Shown here piece after piece: positions 49,454 through 63,197 of a stretch of 64,000 nucleotides of DNA. The DNA lies in NCBI GenBank assembly GCA_036172245.1, contig JAYWIR010000026.1, forward strand, positions 2,666,001 to 2,730,000. Reading direction: 5' to 3'. The first letter of the stretch is position 1. Every line of letters begins with the position of its first letter. Source of the stretch: Raillietiella orientalis (taxonomy: Eukaryota). The translations under genes were made by a program, and so were the position numbers. The notes under the pieces were generated by a model. That model ran no database searches and was not told the origin of the DNA. It was given only the letters and a program-made list of their open reading frames with translations.

Positions 49454-52400
49454 ATGGTCCTCTCGGCGCAGCAGTGCATTCTCGGAATCCTTCCACTATT
49501 GTATTTGGTATCTCAGATTTCAATGATTTTGATGATTCGCACTCAAATTTCTCGATGCTGCTCCTGGGACTTACCAAGTGCGCTTTCGATCGACTTGGCG
49601 GTGACTGCTGCCCGGGTGGGCTCTCCCATGAATTGGCGCGAAAAGGACATGGTCCACTGTTTTACAGCATCCGTTTCACTCCAGCTGTGCGATTGCAGAT
49701 TGGAGCCTCTGATTGAGATCTACTGCAGCTGGCCCGATTTCTATTTTCTGTGGAGACTCGAAGTACTTCCGCTCCATCGACGAAAACACAGAAGAACGGA
49801 GAATCTCCTTCGCTAGAGCTTCATGCTCAGGTTTCTTTCTTCCGTAATGGGTGCAGCGAAAAGAAGTGGCTGCCACATCGCGTTCTCACGAAGCTGCAGC
49901 CGCCTCACGAGGACATCCCGTTGACCGAATCGTGCGAGACTCTATCTCAGTCGACCTGCGAGGCGTGGTTGCGTTTGAGTGCGTCGTGGGGGCACACGGG
50001 ACACGCCGCTTCGTTGCTCCCTCAGGGACTGGCGATAATGGTGACCGGTTGACCCAAACCAGGACAGCAAAGGTATTCTTGATTCCACCTGCTGAGGACA
50101 CGAGCAAAAGCTGTTCGAATTTTGAACCTTTGACTACGGTTTACGCTGCTGCACTCCTCGCCTAACGCCAGGCGATCCACCCAGAGAAGGGCAGGGCGAC
50201 CTCCTTTCCGAGGAATGTCCACGCATCGCTTCCTCGATTCGTTAGAAACCCAAAGTATAGTCGGCATGGTTTGAGTGTTTGCCTTGTTCGCACCGTGCGG
50301 AGAGCCACCTTCTTTGTGGCCACGGAAAGCGTTTAGCCACTTGTAGATCGGAAGGGCTCCTTTCCGCCCACCGAGCTGCGACGTCCGCAGGAAAGTGAAT
50401 GAAGGAACGTTTTGTGTTGCTTTTGCAAAACGATGCGTTGGGCGATCCGCTGCCATAGCACGGAGCCACTGATTTGCTGAGGACGTACTCAAACCGTTCA
50501 TGGTACATAATCACTGCATTTGTACAGTGCCCTGCAGGCAGCAAGGATGGCGCGCTGCTTCTTTCCAATGCTTCCGTTGCTCATTCACCGTCGAACGGGC
50601 GTTTGGGTGTTCGGAAATGTTCGATTCGGGTTGCGCGGCTCAATCCCTCCTTTCGTTCTCTGTGAATCTCTTGGTGCTGCGCAAGACGAAAGGAAAGTGA
50701 GGGGCATGAAATCACCCTACTTTTCTTTTTCCATTGACATGCTCTTTGAGGTTCCAAGGGGTGGAAGGCAGAGGCTGTTGAGTTGTTCCTTGGCGCGTCT
50801 AGGAATGTGCTCATAACGGAAACTTCGTCTGCACGAAGGTGAATGTCAGAGGGATTACGGATCACTCACATCTGGTCCTTACGACTCCACCTCGTTCTGC
50901 ACTCTAGGTCATACGGGACCTGATATTACCATCATAGGGAAAGCGAAAGTTACTTGTACAGGTCATAGGGCAGCTGAGATTAAACCTAGGAAAAAGTCAG
51001 GCAATTCCAAAGAAATCGTATCACTATCACTAATTTGCCCTTTGCGAGCACGCAACAGACTTGTTACTGAAAAGCTTCGATGATACTGGGGTGGAGGACG
51101 AAAGGGTGCACCTGCTGGTGATTCAAAGGCGAGGTCTTCCAGGCTCGAGGCGACCAGGTTGTACGTGACCAGCGAACTGCCGACTTCGTGCGAGGCGACC
51201 AAAACTCCACGAGCTTCATCGTGCCTGGTCAGACCATTTTCCAAGATCGATTCTACGTCCAGGCACTGAGTGGAGACTGCACCCTGAGCGCCAAAGAAGG
51301 AGAAAAATTAGACACCGTTGTTTTCTCCACTCCGAACTTCCCCAACAACTTTCCAGCGGGCACATTTTGTTTTTTGGTTCTTCGGGTAAGCAGCGGAGTT
51401 GCTGGTGGGGACGATCCACAGCTTCCATCTAGCCAAACAACAGCCAGACATCACCGGAAAACGTCTTCGGGAGGTTTGATAACCGTTTTACTCTGGGCAA
51501 TCGTGGCAAACTCACTTTTGAGGACATCTTGCGCCAAAGAGTGTAAGATCTGTGTGTACCGATGTCGCGCCGCTGCCGGCGCGCTGGATCGTGGTGGAAC
51601 GCAGGAGCCGCGAAGACACGCACCTCACCCGGGAAACATAGCCGTTCACCAGAAAGAGACCGTTTCAGAATCATGGTTGATTGGCAGTTGCCGACATTCC
51701 CATACGTTGAGCTGTTCCTACCCGCGGCGATCACCTTCGAGGGGGCTGCATCCGCTGTTGGTTTCCAGCTCACCTTGTGCATGGTGCCCAACGCGTTCCA
51801 GGTTTCGTCCCAACGCCAAACGCAGACGACCCTGATCTCGCGTGCCCTTGTGCAGGATCTGGCGGTTCCACAGCAAATGCTTTCCTTCCTCGTACGGGTA
51901 CGTGGTGAGCGCATTCGCTGACCGGAAATGAGATCACCTCGCCGAGTGTCCCTCGGCTGGAGATCCACGCGCCCGCAGGAGCGGAGCTTAATACTCGCTT
52001 CCTCCACCGGCGCGGAGATTTCCAGATGAGCTGAGGGACAGCCCACAGGGGTTTCGCGCTTCCTGGGCTTCCAGCGACGAGTTGTCGCGTTGGCAATTCT
52101 GCCGGCGGGAACCTCGTTGGTCCGGACGTGCGTTGCTGCGCGAGTGCGGGCTGTAACTCGCCCTCCGAGTTCGCATCGCCCGGGGATGGCGGGGTGGCAA
52201 TGCCGCGAAGGAGTTCCTTCTTTCGACTTAAAGGATGGTGTGAGGGTTCAATCAATTCTCCTTGCAGCCTGCACCATCTTGCCGATTTGTCACCGTCACC
52301 TTGATCAACGTGAACATTCTTGCCAACGAGAAGGTATCGCTTGGCAGAAATGGGCTGGATATTCAGGCAAAGGACATCCAGACGATCGTCGGTCCAAATA

Positions 52401-52546
52401 CCACTAGCGTCACCGTGGTTTCCAACCAAGATAAAGCCATAGTCTTGTTCTACTACACGGATAGCAACGCGCAAGGAATACAAGGAAGTTTCAGCGTCCA
52501 ATTTTCCTCAGTAGCCGATGATCCTATTAAGGATAAAACTGAATAA
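49454..52546 (+). CDS. Secreted CUB-like domain protein, paralog C (multi-exon; has extra Cys-rich exons)
   Basis: ATG 49454 MVLSAQQCILGILPLLYL|gt; FSTPNFPNNFPAGTFCFL; last exon LFYYTDSNAQGIQGSFSVQFS; AATAAA overlaps the stop. Not all exon junctions could be resolved. Confidence 0.7.
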
Positions 52547-53464
52547 AGAATTTCAGCATTTTGATTTAAGGTTCTAGCGGGGTCGATCGTTCAGCATACT
52601 GTGCTTCCAAACACAGCCCCTGCGCGTGCTGTGAACAGATTGATTCATCTTTATAACACTGCAGGTGCTTTGGAAAAGAGGCACTTTCGGTTGGGAGGAT
52701 TCTAGAGTGTCTCCCTTGAATTGCTTGTGTTCCCTCATCATTGCGTGGACGATTCGCCTATCTTCCTCTCCTGAAAGGAAGCCGTAGTACTCATGATGCA
52801 CTGGTGATTCCCGTCTAAGCAGCGACGGCGTGGAGGATCTGGAGGGATTGGATCTACCAACTGTACGAGGTTACGATGGACAGAGTCCATTCTGCACCTG
52901 CTCTTCAGATGAGGTGTCCTGGAGGAACTGTGGCGGGGGCTGACTGCTGCATTTTTACACTACACGTGCAGCGCCTGGGACATGCTCCAGAGGTTCTTTG
53001 CCCCGAGTGATCTCTCGACGGGCGCTCTTATTGCAGCATTGTGTTGCATGCGCGCCATCCTTGGTGCTGGACTGGTGTTAGAAACCACCACCCATCAAAT
53101 GAAGTTACCGATATCAGAGCGTTTCAAAGGGGATTTGACAGGAAGAGGAAGGGAAGAGGATGACCGACGTGCCTAGCCTGTTGATGGACGGCAAGGAACA
53201 ACGTTCCAATGGTCATTGGCCCCACTTTCCTTTTCTTCATTTTTATTTTTCATATTCCCCACCCTCATATCGCTCCGTAACTTTCATGGTGCTTTTGGTT
53301 TTCATCCCGGTGAACACGGAGGAAAACCAAAGAACTTGGTCTCTTTCCACGCGCTTGGTTTGTCTTTGTTTTCCCCGTTGCGATCTTTCTCTTGTGACGG
53401 TCTGCGTTCCGATGGACCCTTTATTTTATTTCTTGTAGTCGAGTCACTTTCTAAATATTCATGA

Positions 53465-53820
53465 CGTACGACAGAAGGTACCAGGGAATGACGTTTCGCT
53501 GCCTCCTCATCGTTGAGGAGCGGGTAGTAACGAGGAAGAGATTTACGCTCGGAAGGAGTGGATAGTTGTGAAAGGCGCGTTCGAGTCATCATCGCGTGGT
53601 GGCTGTCCGTTATAGTACCGTAAGGCCTCAAGGATCTTCTGGGAAAGTGTGATTCCTGCTTCTTTATAAAGCGCGCTGCTGTATAAGTTCGGTTGGCTCG
53701 AGACCTCAACTGCGAGGGCTCAGAAGATCGCCTTCTGTATTCCGCACCGCTTACTGTCAATCTGGTGGCCACGAGAGGGTGGTGGAATGCAACTCTGACC
53801 TCGTTGAGGACTGAACGCAC
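53465..53820 (-). CDS. Probable exon of unknown gene, paralog of 15440-15813
   Basis: Open, alignable frame VAFHHPLVATR..RRRSSEP..LSTPS..DEEA..HSLVPSV. Confidence 0.35.
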
Positions 53821-54299
53821 GATTTAGGCACTCAGAGTTCCGCGTTGGTAAGGACCTGGGGACGGTGGTGTCCGAAGCGTTTACACCAGCTATCCTGGGG
53901 GTTGTCTCCGCGCGTTTGGAGCATATTCGGTTACGATGGAAAAGAGCACCGCTCCTGGATCGAGTGTGGCCGTTCAATTCATGGCAGTTATGGCCCTTCT
54001 GCCCTCCATGCTAGCGGAGGCGCTCGTACTTACCCCCCTCCGTGTGCCTACAGCCATGCACGGATCAATCCCTTGCTACAGAGGAATCTGGACCTGTCGG
54101 GTGGGTCAGGCGCAGCTTGTTTTGCGGATCTCCTGACGTTCCGCTCTCCGTGGGTGTGTCCAGCATGTCCATTGCTCGACTCCATTCTTTACAGAATCGC
54201 TGCAGATCGTGAGAAAAATGCAACTTCCTTTGCTGTTTCCACCTTAAGATGGCGTCGATGAGACGGATGCGAGCTAGAACGCGTTACCCAGGGAAACAA

Positions 54300-57000
54300 A
54301 AATGGAACAAGGAGGGAAGGGGGAGGGGTATTTCAGGAAAAGGATAGTCCTGGATGCACAGAAGGTTTCATCGCTGGAGACCATTCCAAGGTGTGTAAAG
54401 CAGAATTTCGAGAAGAAACCTCATAAGATATGTTCATGAGTACCTCATTCAGAAATTCGCAGAAGGTAACCGTCCATTAAAAAACTCCGATGCCTTTCCA
54501 TAAGGGATCGGTGAAGACGACAGAGGTCGCGAAATGAAGTGCACGCGGTGGGCTGCACAGGAAAGGGCATGCACGTACAACCTGCGTGTTTTTAGCGTTG
54601 GAAGCAGTTCCTTCTCAGAATGCAACCTACGGTAGGAATGCGAAGAGGGAGTGGGTTGTACCACAAGTCGTCGTTTGGTAAATGATTCGTGCACTTGTGG
54701 TCTGTGAATAGTCTCTAATCCTCCTCCTCCGTCTGCAATGCCTCCGAGCAGCTGAGGAAGTGGTTCCAGAACACAGAATCTCACGTGCGGGTCCTAAGTT
54801 CACGCGTAGACTGTGAGCCTCGAAGGGAAGCACACGCCCTGTTCGGTTGCTCAGGCAAGCAAAGAGAAAAGAGAACGGGAGACCCCCAGACACCAACATT
54901 GGAAAAGCCAGCAGGCTGCAAATAGCAAAGTACGCCGAAGCCGCCTGATCAATGGAAGCATCAGTAGCCAGCGAGTTTGCAAGCGAGCATCCCAGGCGAC
55001 AGTAGATCGGGAAAGAAGGAAAGGGAAGCTGGGAAAACAGAAGTATCGCGATGCACGAACTAGAAGGCTCTGCAAAAGGTGAACATCGCGGCTGCAGTGC
55101 TGAAAAGCAACAGGCTAAGGTTGTTGTCGAGCCGGGTGCCGCAGATTACGAAAGTACGGTACACATGACTGCCGCTGTAAGAAAACGATGTTATTGGGTA
55201 GCTCCAGCAAGAGCGCAGCTAGTCCACGAGGTGTTCAAGGAGCCAGAGACGATCGAAAACCTCTAGAAGATGCTCCTAGTCAACTCACTCGAACACCCTG
55301 TGGGGAACGACCGCAACAGGCAATTCGCCCGGCATTCCCTCTTGTCGTCTACTTCTTCCAGGTTGGCCAACGGCGGCGCTTCAATACTCTGAACGGCTTT
55401 GCTGGACGACGCAGTGCCGAAGCTAAAAACGAGGTTCGCGCCAAAAGGAGGTTCGTATCCATAGGTCATCCCGGGAAGCGTATATGTTTGCTGCTCGCTT
55501 ACCAAGGAGTCGGCGATTTTTCCAGTTCGCGTAACCCTTTGCTTCCGGAACAACTTGACGTGCGAGCTCACCAGAGTGATGGGACGCCAGTTGAGCTGTT
55601 CGTTGGCAGCTGGGATTCGCTCGAGTTCCTCAGCATCCTCGACATCCAAACCGTTCTGGCATAAAGTTGTCACATACCTTACATATGAGCACAGGCCTCT
55701 TGCCATTTGCAGCACGAGACTTCAGCCCATAGGTGCGTAGCCTTAATCCGAACGCGGCAGCATCAGCGGCGACCTGAACAGATGTTCCAGAAGGCGGCAA
55801 TTCGAGTTGTGCTTTTGCTACAACGAATGGTGCCTCGCTTGGGAGCTAAACTGTGTCCACCATCTTCCAATTTTTTCGAGACATCGCACCGAACCACCAG
55901 TGAAGTTTGGCATAGTCCAGAGGGGAAGAAGCACCGTAAGGGCACGTACTTACTCGGAAAAGACGAGGCGTCGGATGGTGAATTCGAGCTTCTGGCACTC
56001 CAGAAACATGTATGATGCCCATTTCTTACGAGTATTAGATGCAGACGCAGAATCCCAGCGGTCAGCTCTCGTGAGACAAAAGACAAGACCTCGTCAAAGC
56101 AAGAGGCAGAGGAGCAACCAGCCCCCCAGATGGACAAATGAGCAGCTTCGTCCTCCCGTGACGCGATATAAAATGGCAGCAATGAAATATCCGTTTTCTT
56201 TCGAGATCTCACATACACAATTTCTGGCGATTTCCAACCGTATCCTAGTGTGGCCTGAACTTTTATCTGCACATCTGTGGTAAGCAGTCCATATAGTAGC
56301 TGCAATCCTCACGACCCCAAGTTCAGTACGACGCATCCAGTTTCGGACACGTCGACCGGCCAGCAGCCGAATGGTGTGGACCAATTCATCCGGAGGAAAC
56401 CAAAGGAGAATTCCGAATTAGAAGAATTGAATTTCGCAGGCGTAAGAAAAGCTTCAGAAGAACGGATCTCGGAATTCCCACCAACCTTTCAGGGAGCACC
56501 AACCCATGTACGCATTTCTGTGAACGGCGCATTAGAGCTTCCGAACAGCCGAACGAGCTCCAAGAGCACCCCTGAAGACGTGGCACCGGACCGCACGTGC
56601 GCCAAGTGCTGCGCGCCGATTGGGCGGTCTACCAGAAGTGTTCCTTTTCACTTACAGCGGCGTGCATGACCTGGTCACCCATTCCTGCTTTCACGGTGTC
56701 TTTAATTCCAATCATCGAAAAAGCGGAAGAAGATCAGGAAAAGGTTTCTTTCCTGATGAAGAAACACTTAGGAAGAAATAGGAAAACTCGATAGAATTGA
56801 GGAATAGGGAATAAAAAAGAGAAGACGGCACTTGCTCGGATTTTCAAAATAGAAAGAGATATAACAAGAACTGGAACTGGTCCGCTGTGGAGAACAGCTC
56901 TTCTCTGAAAGACCCTGCTTGCGCCTCGATATATTCCATCCTGTGGAAACAGCATTCGCGAAGGAGTGAGCTGCCACCTGAATCTTGGCGTCCCTACTTG
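54300..57000 (-). mobile_element. Decayed L1/Tx1-like LINE (ORF1 remnant through RT)
   Basis: SGRPP knuckle remnant (~56620), NWRPITLVSSHVKLFRKQRVTRTGKIADSLVSEQQTYTLPG (clear RT N-terminal motif, ~55590-55470), LLGGIADGGGGL (~54730). Ends approximate. Confidence 0.7.
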
Positions 57001-57539
57001 AAAGGAAATTCTCACTGTCGGAATGCTTCACAATTCGCTCAGAGAGTATCAAATTTTCAGTTCCATGCCGCGGAAACTCCCCTGAAAATTTCCGTATGGC
57101 TGTCTCTATTCGCACCCTCTGCCCACCTACAGGAGGCTGCTCAAATGTTGCCCCGTTGCATCGAGGGAGACGTTCATCCATGTGGGAGAAACATACAGTC
57201 CGTTAGCCGAAATGCGTTTCCTCTTGCATTTGCGGAACACCTCCGAATGCATTTCGCAAAGGTCCTTCCGATAATTCCGTGCCTCTTCTTACCCTTCTTC
57301 GGGTTCTTTTTCGTACAGCTAACACGCAATTTGCAAGTGTTCATTTTTGAGAAGCTGTCGACTTCTTTCATGTACTAACGAGCAATTTCGCTTTCTACGG
57401 CGATACAATCCTTCAAGGAGATCGATCATCCTTTTTTAATGCTTCCCGTGGTAGATTGAAAATTATATATTGCTTGATACGATTAATTCTCCGTTATTTC
57501 GTTTCCATGGAAAGCAATTGAACGGTAAAGTTCGAAGAA

Positions 57540-57853
57540 AGTGCACAGGAAAAGAAATGCGTTCCTCGAGGACAGAGACAGCAAGTCAAGCTGTAAGTCG
57601 TAGAAGAGGTTCCTGAAAAATCGCATTCTTTAGATGGCCTCCGAGAAGGCATTGCTGGTATGCAGCCAGCCGAGGAGAGCGACAGATGCCCGAGACGCAA
57701 GACATCTAGGCAGCTACAGTTGGTATGCGGAAGGCGTTCGACCACGTCAGCCAAGAATTCCATCGGAAGCTCCAGCAGGTTCTCTGACTTCCGAAGCATT
57801 TGACAGGACGTCGATCTTTGGCTGGTGCACGCGTTCAACGAGGTTGCCTCCAT
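57540..57853 (-). pseudogene. F-box-like gene copy 3, 3'-truncated
   Basis: ATG 57853 MEATSLNA..NLLELPMEFLADVVERLP; homology to copies 1 and 2 ends near 57530, where unrelated LINE-containing sequence begins. Confidence 0.5.
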
Positions 57854-60128
57854 CTCTCGCCACGAGCGCGCCGCATCCGAGTGAAGCGAAATACTGCAAG
57901 GAAGGCCACGCTCTCCCACGGTCTTTAGCATTTTATAGAGATGCTAAACTGTCAGATGGGACCATTTGCCGAGCCCCCACTGCTCCACGTGAGCTTCGGT
58001 GGCATTCGTAAACGAACCGCTTCTCCTGCTGCTTGTGATGACGGTTGTGCCGTCACTCTGGACATTCCACAGTTGATGCCCCAGAGAGCAAAAGAGCTCG
58101 CATACGGAAGGAAATCCAAGCGCTGCCATCATAAATGCCCGTCAGCTCTATGGCCAGCGCAGGTTTTTCAGTTGAAAGTGCCTGCGCGGCTTTCCTCCCA
58201 TAATTTTGTTGTGGGTGCGGAGAAAGCAGTAGGAAAAGAAATCCTCAGTGTTTCTGCATCGAAGAACATTGCATCCCTCTGAATCGACGAGGTGGAGATG
58301 GGTCGTCACTCATCAGGGAATATTGTTACGGACGCGTTACGTGGACGGTCGGCACCTTTGGCATTCCTCAAGGTGTCCCGTAAGCAGTTGCGGTTTCCCT
58401 GCGCGCCTTGATTGCAATCCACAGGTGGTTTTTCAGAGAAATAAGAAGTTGATCAGGAAGCTGGCCAGGAAGCCCGCGAGCTCCGGGACCTCCAGTAGAA
58501 TCTCTTTGTGGTCGCAAGGCAAAGAGTTATGATGGTGCTATGATGACCTAAAGAACAGGGGCTCGCCTTGGACACCCACTACGCGAGTAAGCGACCGTCA
58601 AGATTCCGAGTAACGTGTTCTACACCGGGATGTATCTGGAAAAACCTGCAGCCGAAGAAAAGTTTGGTGCTCCGCTCTCTGTAGAGTACAGCAAAGATAC
58701 GCTCCGGGATGATTTCGATTGGTGCCATCCTTCGGAGTCGTTCGGTTCACGGATTCAAAAGGAGCTGGGCATCAGCGCTTGACACGGTGATCAGACTAGT
58801 GGCGCCCACTTTTCCGTGAGACTCCTTCGTTAGTGAAGAGACGCAACTTTGATGATAGGAAAGAGAAGGGCACGCCTCGTGTTTTAAGCATCAGAGAAGT
58901 GATGGTTAGCAAAGATATGCACGCTCTCCTACGAAGCTTTCACGAAATTGCGATTGCGGTGCTTTACGTTTCCTTGGATTTCCCTCAGGGAAGACTTTGT
59001 GGAAGACGCGGGGCTGCAATATGATTTTCCGATCAGAGGGACCCCCAAGGATGCTAACCAAAAACAGAGCTTTGGGACTTGCAGAGGTTGCAGGACGCGC
59101 GTCGAACAGTTCATAATATTACTGCCTCCACGCGTCCACTGGAAACAGTCCAGAAAGGTCCAGAGAGCGCGCGCGCGCAGGTTGTACGCGACGCGCATGG
59201 ACCTGCAGTTGCGTGCTCGAAGGGAACGCAAATCGCTCTCCCCTGCTGTTGCTGGCCGTGCAGAGCTGCTCCTTCCTCGCACTGCTGGTTGGCATGGGCG
59301 CTTCATCAAATCAACAGTCTGCACGAAAGAGCGAAAAAGGAGGAGCAGTGAGCACCCACTTTTCCCCGGAAACAGGCTTCTCCAGGAAACCACAGTTGCG
59401 TTTCCAGGGGGGGCTCGTGGACTCTCGGAAGCTCGCAGAGAATAGTGGGATGCCGAGGTAAGGTCTGAGGCACTGTAAGTGCGGATCACTTAAAGCCAGA
59501 TCCAGTGGACGCAATGGAATTACGGTGGATCTTCCTTCTGGCTGCCGGGAACTTGGCCACCTGGAGGACGCTTGGCGGATACCAAGTCGCAAAAGGAAGG
59601 TTTGTGAAGAGGATGACCCCGTAAGCCGTGGCTCTTGGTCGGAAACACCACGTCGCCGTCAATAGAAGAAACGCAGGCGGTTGCTTGCCGAAGAGAGGAT
59701 GGAACGGCAAACGAACGCTTTCGGCGTGACGTTAGGAAACATCGAACTTCCTCGCAACGCAAGCGTTGAGATGACTTCAGCAGCCATTTCTAAAAAAGAA
59801 GGTTACGTACCAGTCAGGAGAGTGAGGGTCGTCTGAGCCACACGAATGCCAACACGCAAGGCAGACAGGTGATCACCAGCAGGAAGAGGGCACATACCGA
59901 AGAGGCGGGATATCTTTGATTGCTACGTCAGCGGAAGACCGCTACCATGCAAAAGCATCCACCAAGAGCACGGATCGCGAAGGCGTGTCGCCTTATAACT
60001 GCTGTCCCACACGCTATCCACGTTTCGAGAAAATTCATAAATCTCGGCAACGTTTTCAGCTCTGAAGAGAAAGCCAGTTGTCCTCTGTGCATTCGAAGGA
60101 AGCTGGTGCTGTGTGGAGAGGCTGCGAC

Positions 60129-63100
60129 ATGGTGCTCTCGGCGCAGCGGTGGATTCTCGGAATCCTTCCACTCTTGTATTTGGTATCTGAAATTTCAATG
60201 ATTTTGATGATTCGCACTCAAAATTCTGGATGCCGCTCCTGGGATTTTCCGAATGCGCTTTCGATAGAGTTGGCAGTGACCGCTGCCCGGGTGGGCTCTC
60301 CCATGAATTGGCGCGAAAAGGACGTGGTCCACTGTTTCGAAGCATCGGTTTCACTCCACTTGTGCGATTGCAGATTGAAGCTGCTGATTGAGATCTACTA
60401 CAGCTGGCCCGATTTCTATTTTCTGTGGAGACTCGAAGTACTTCCGCTCCATCGACGAAAACACAGAAGAACGGAGAATCTCCTTCGCTAGAGCTTCATG
60501 CTCAGGTTTCTTTCTTCCGTAATGGGTGCAGCGAAAAGAAGTGGCTGCCACATCGCGTTCTCACGAAGCTGCAGCCGCCTCACGAGGACATCCCGTTGAC
60601 CGAATCGTGCGAGACTCTATCTCAGTCGACCTGCGAGGCGTGGTTGCGTTTGAGTGCGTCGTGGGGGCACACGGGACACGCCGCTTCGTTGCTCCCTCAG
60701 GGACTGGCGATAATGGTGACCGGTTGACCCAAACCAGGACAGCAAAGGTATTCTTGATTCCACCTGCTGAGGACACGAGCAAAAGCTGTTCGAATTTTGA
60801 ACCTTTGACTACGGTTTACGCTGCTGCACTCCTCGCCTAACGCCAGGCGATCCACCCAGAGAAGGGCAGGGCGACCTCCTTTCCGAGGAATGTCCACGCA
60901 TCGCTTCCTCGATTCGTTAGAAACCCAAAGTATAGTCGGCATGCTTTGAGTGTTCGCCTTGTTCGCACCGTGCGGAGAGCCACCTTCTTTGTGGCCACGG
61001 AAATCGTTTAGCCACTTGTAGATCGGAAGGGCTCCTTTCCGCCCACCGAGCTGCGACGTCCGCAGGAAGGCGAATGAAGGAACGTTTTGTGTTGCTCTTG
61101 CAAAACGATGCGCTGCGCGATCCGCTGCCATAGCACGGAGCCACTGATTTGCTGAGGACGTACTCAAACCGTTCATGGTACATAATCACTGCATTTGTAC
61201 AGTGCCCTGCAGGCAGCAAGGATGGCGCGCTGCTTCTTTCCAATGCTTCCGTTGCTCATTCACCGTCGAAGGGGCGTTTGGGTGTTCGGAGATGTTCGAT
61301 TCGGGTTGCGCGTCTCAATCCGTCCTTTCGTTCTCTGTGAATCTCTTGGTGCTGCGCAGGACGAAAGGAAAGTAAGGGTCATGAAATGACCCTACTTTTC
61401 TTTTTCCATTGACATGCTCTTCGAGGTTCCAAGAGTTTGCCGGCAGAGGCCGTCGATTTGTTCTTAGGCGCGTCCAGGAATGTGCTCACAACGGAAACTC
61501 CGTCTGCACGAAGGTGAATGTCAGAGGGATTATGGATCACTCACATCAGCTCCTTACGGCTCCACCTCGTTCTGCACTCTAGGTCATACGGGACCTGATA
61601 TTACCATCATAGGGAAAGCGAAAGTTACTTGTACAGGTCAGGGAGCAGCTGAGATTAAACCTAGGAAAATGTCGGGCAACTCCGAAGAACTCGGATCGCT
61701 ATCACTTATTTACGCTTTCCGAGCACGCAACAGACTTGTTACTGAAAAGCTTCGATGATACCGGGGTGGGAAGCGAAAGGGTGCACCTGGTGTTCATTTG
61801 AAGGCCAAGTATTCCAGGGTCGAGCCGACCAGGATGTAGCTGACCAGCGAACCGCCCACTTCGTGCAAGGCGACCAAAATTCTGCGGGCTTTATCGTGCC
61901 TGGTCAGACCATTTTCCAAGATCGTTTCTTTGTCCAGACACTGACTGGAGGCTGCACTCTGAGCGCCAATGTCGGAGGAAGATTCGACACCGTTGTTTTC
62001 TCTACTCCGAACTTCCCCAACAACTTTCCAGCGAACACATCTTGCACTTTGGTTCTTCGGGTAAACAGCGGGGTTGCTCCTGGGCACGATCTACAGCTCT
62101 CATCTAGCCAAACGACATCCTGACATCACCGGAGAACGTCTTCGGGAGGTTTGACAACCGTTTCGCTCTGGGAGCAGGTGGCATTCTCACTTTTGAGGAC
62201 ATCTTGCGCAGGAGACAGTAAGATCCGTGTGTACCCATTCCGCGCAGATACAGGCACGCTGGATCGTGCTGGACCTTTTTCGCTGGGAAGACACGCACCT
62301 CAACCGATTGCCAAGGCCAGTCACCGGTGCAAGTATCTTTCAGAGTACGGGATCATTGGCTGTTGCCGACATTCCCCTACGTTGAGCTGTTCCTACCCAC
62401 GGTGATCACCTTCGAGGGGGCTGCAGCCGCTGGTGGCTTCCAGCTCACCTTGTGCAAGGTGCCCAACGCGTTCCAGGTTTCGTCCCAATGCCGAACGCAG
62501 ACGACCCTGATCTCAGGTGTCCTTGTGGAGGATCTGGCGGTTCCACAGCAAATGCTTTCCTTCCTCGTCCGGGTACGTGGTGAGCGCATTCGCTGACCGG
62601 AAATGAGGTCACCTCGTCGGGTGTCCCTCGGCTGAAGATCCGCGCGCCCGCTGGGGCGGAGCTTAATACTCGCTTCCTCCACCGGCGCGGAGATTTCCAG
62701 ATGAGCTGAGGGACAGCCCACAGGGGTTTCGCGCTTCCTGGGCTTCCAGCGACGAGTTGTCGCGTTGGCAATTCTGCCGGCGGGAACCTCGTTGGTCCGG
62801 ACGTGCGTTGCTGCGCGCCTGCGTGCTGAAACTCGCTCTCCGAGTTCGCAACGCCCGGGGACGGCGGGGTGGCAATGCCGCGACGGAGTCCCTTCTTCCG
62901 ACTTAAAGGATGGTGTGAGGGTTCAATCAATTCTCCTTGCAGCCGGGATCAGCTTGCCGATTTGTAACCGTCACCTTAATCAACGTGAACATTCTTGCCA
63001 ACGAGAAGGTATCGATAGGCAGAAATGGGCAGAATCTTCCGGCAATGTACATCCAGAAGATCGTCGGTCCAAATACCACCAGCGTCACCGTGGTTTCGAA

Positions 63101-63197
63101 GCAAGATCAAGCCATAGTCTTGTTCTACTACACGGATAACAACGCGCAAGGAATACAAGGAAGGTTCAACGTCGAGTATTCCTGCAGGAACCGATGA
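60129..63197 (+). CDS. Secreted CUB-like domain protein, paralog D (multi-exon; has extra Cys-rich exons)
   Basis: ATG 60129 MVLSAQRWILGILPLLYL|gt; FSTPNFPNNFPANTSCTLVLR|gt; ITFEGAAAAGGFQLTLC; last exon LFYYTDNNAQGIQGRFNVEYSCRNR-stop; AATAAA at 63218. Confidence 0.72.

Larger units (their letters stand above)
40259..53350 (+). repeat. Segmental duplication copy 2 (paralogous to 2718-14860; right half most similar to 57540-64000)
   Basis: Colinear with copy 1; includes duplicates of the LINE fragments (about 40860-42900 and 44505-45152) and a 365-bp segment (40491-40855) absent from copy 1. Confidence 0.95.
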
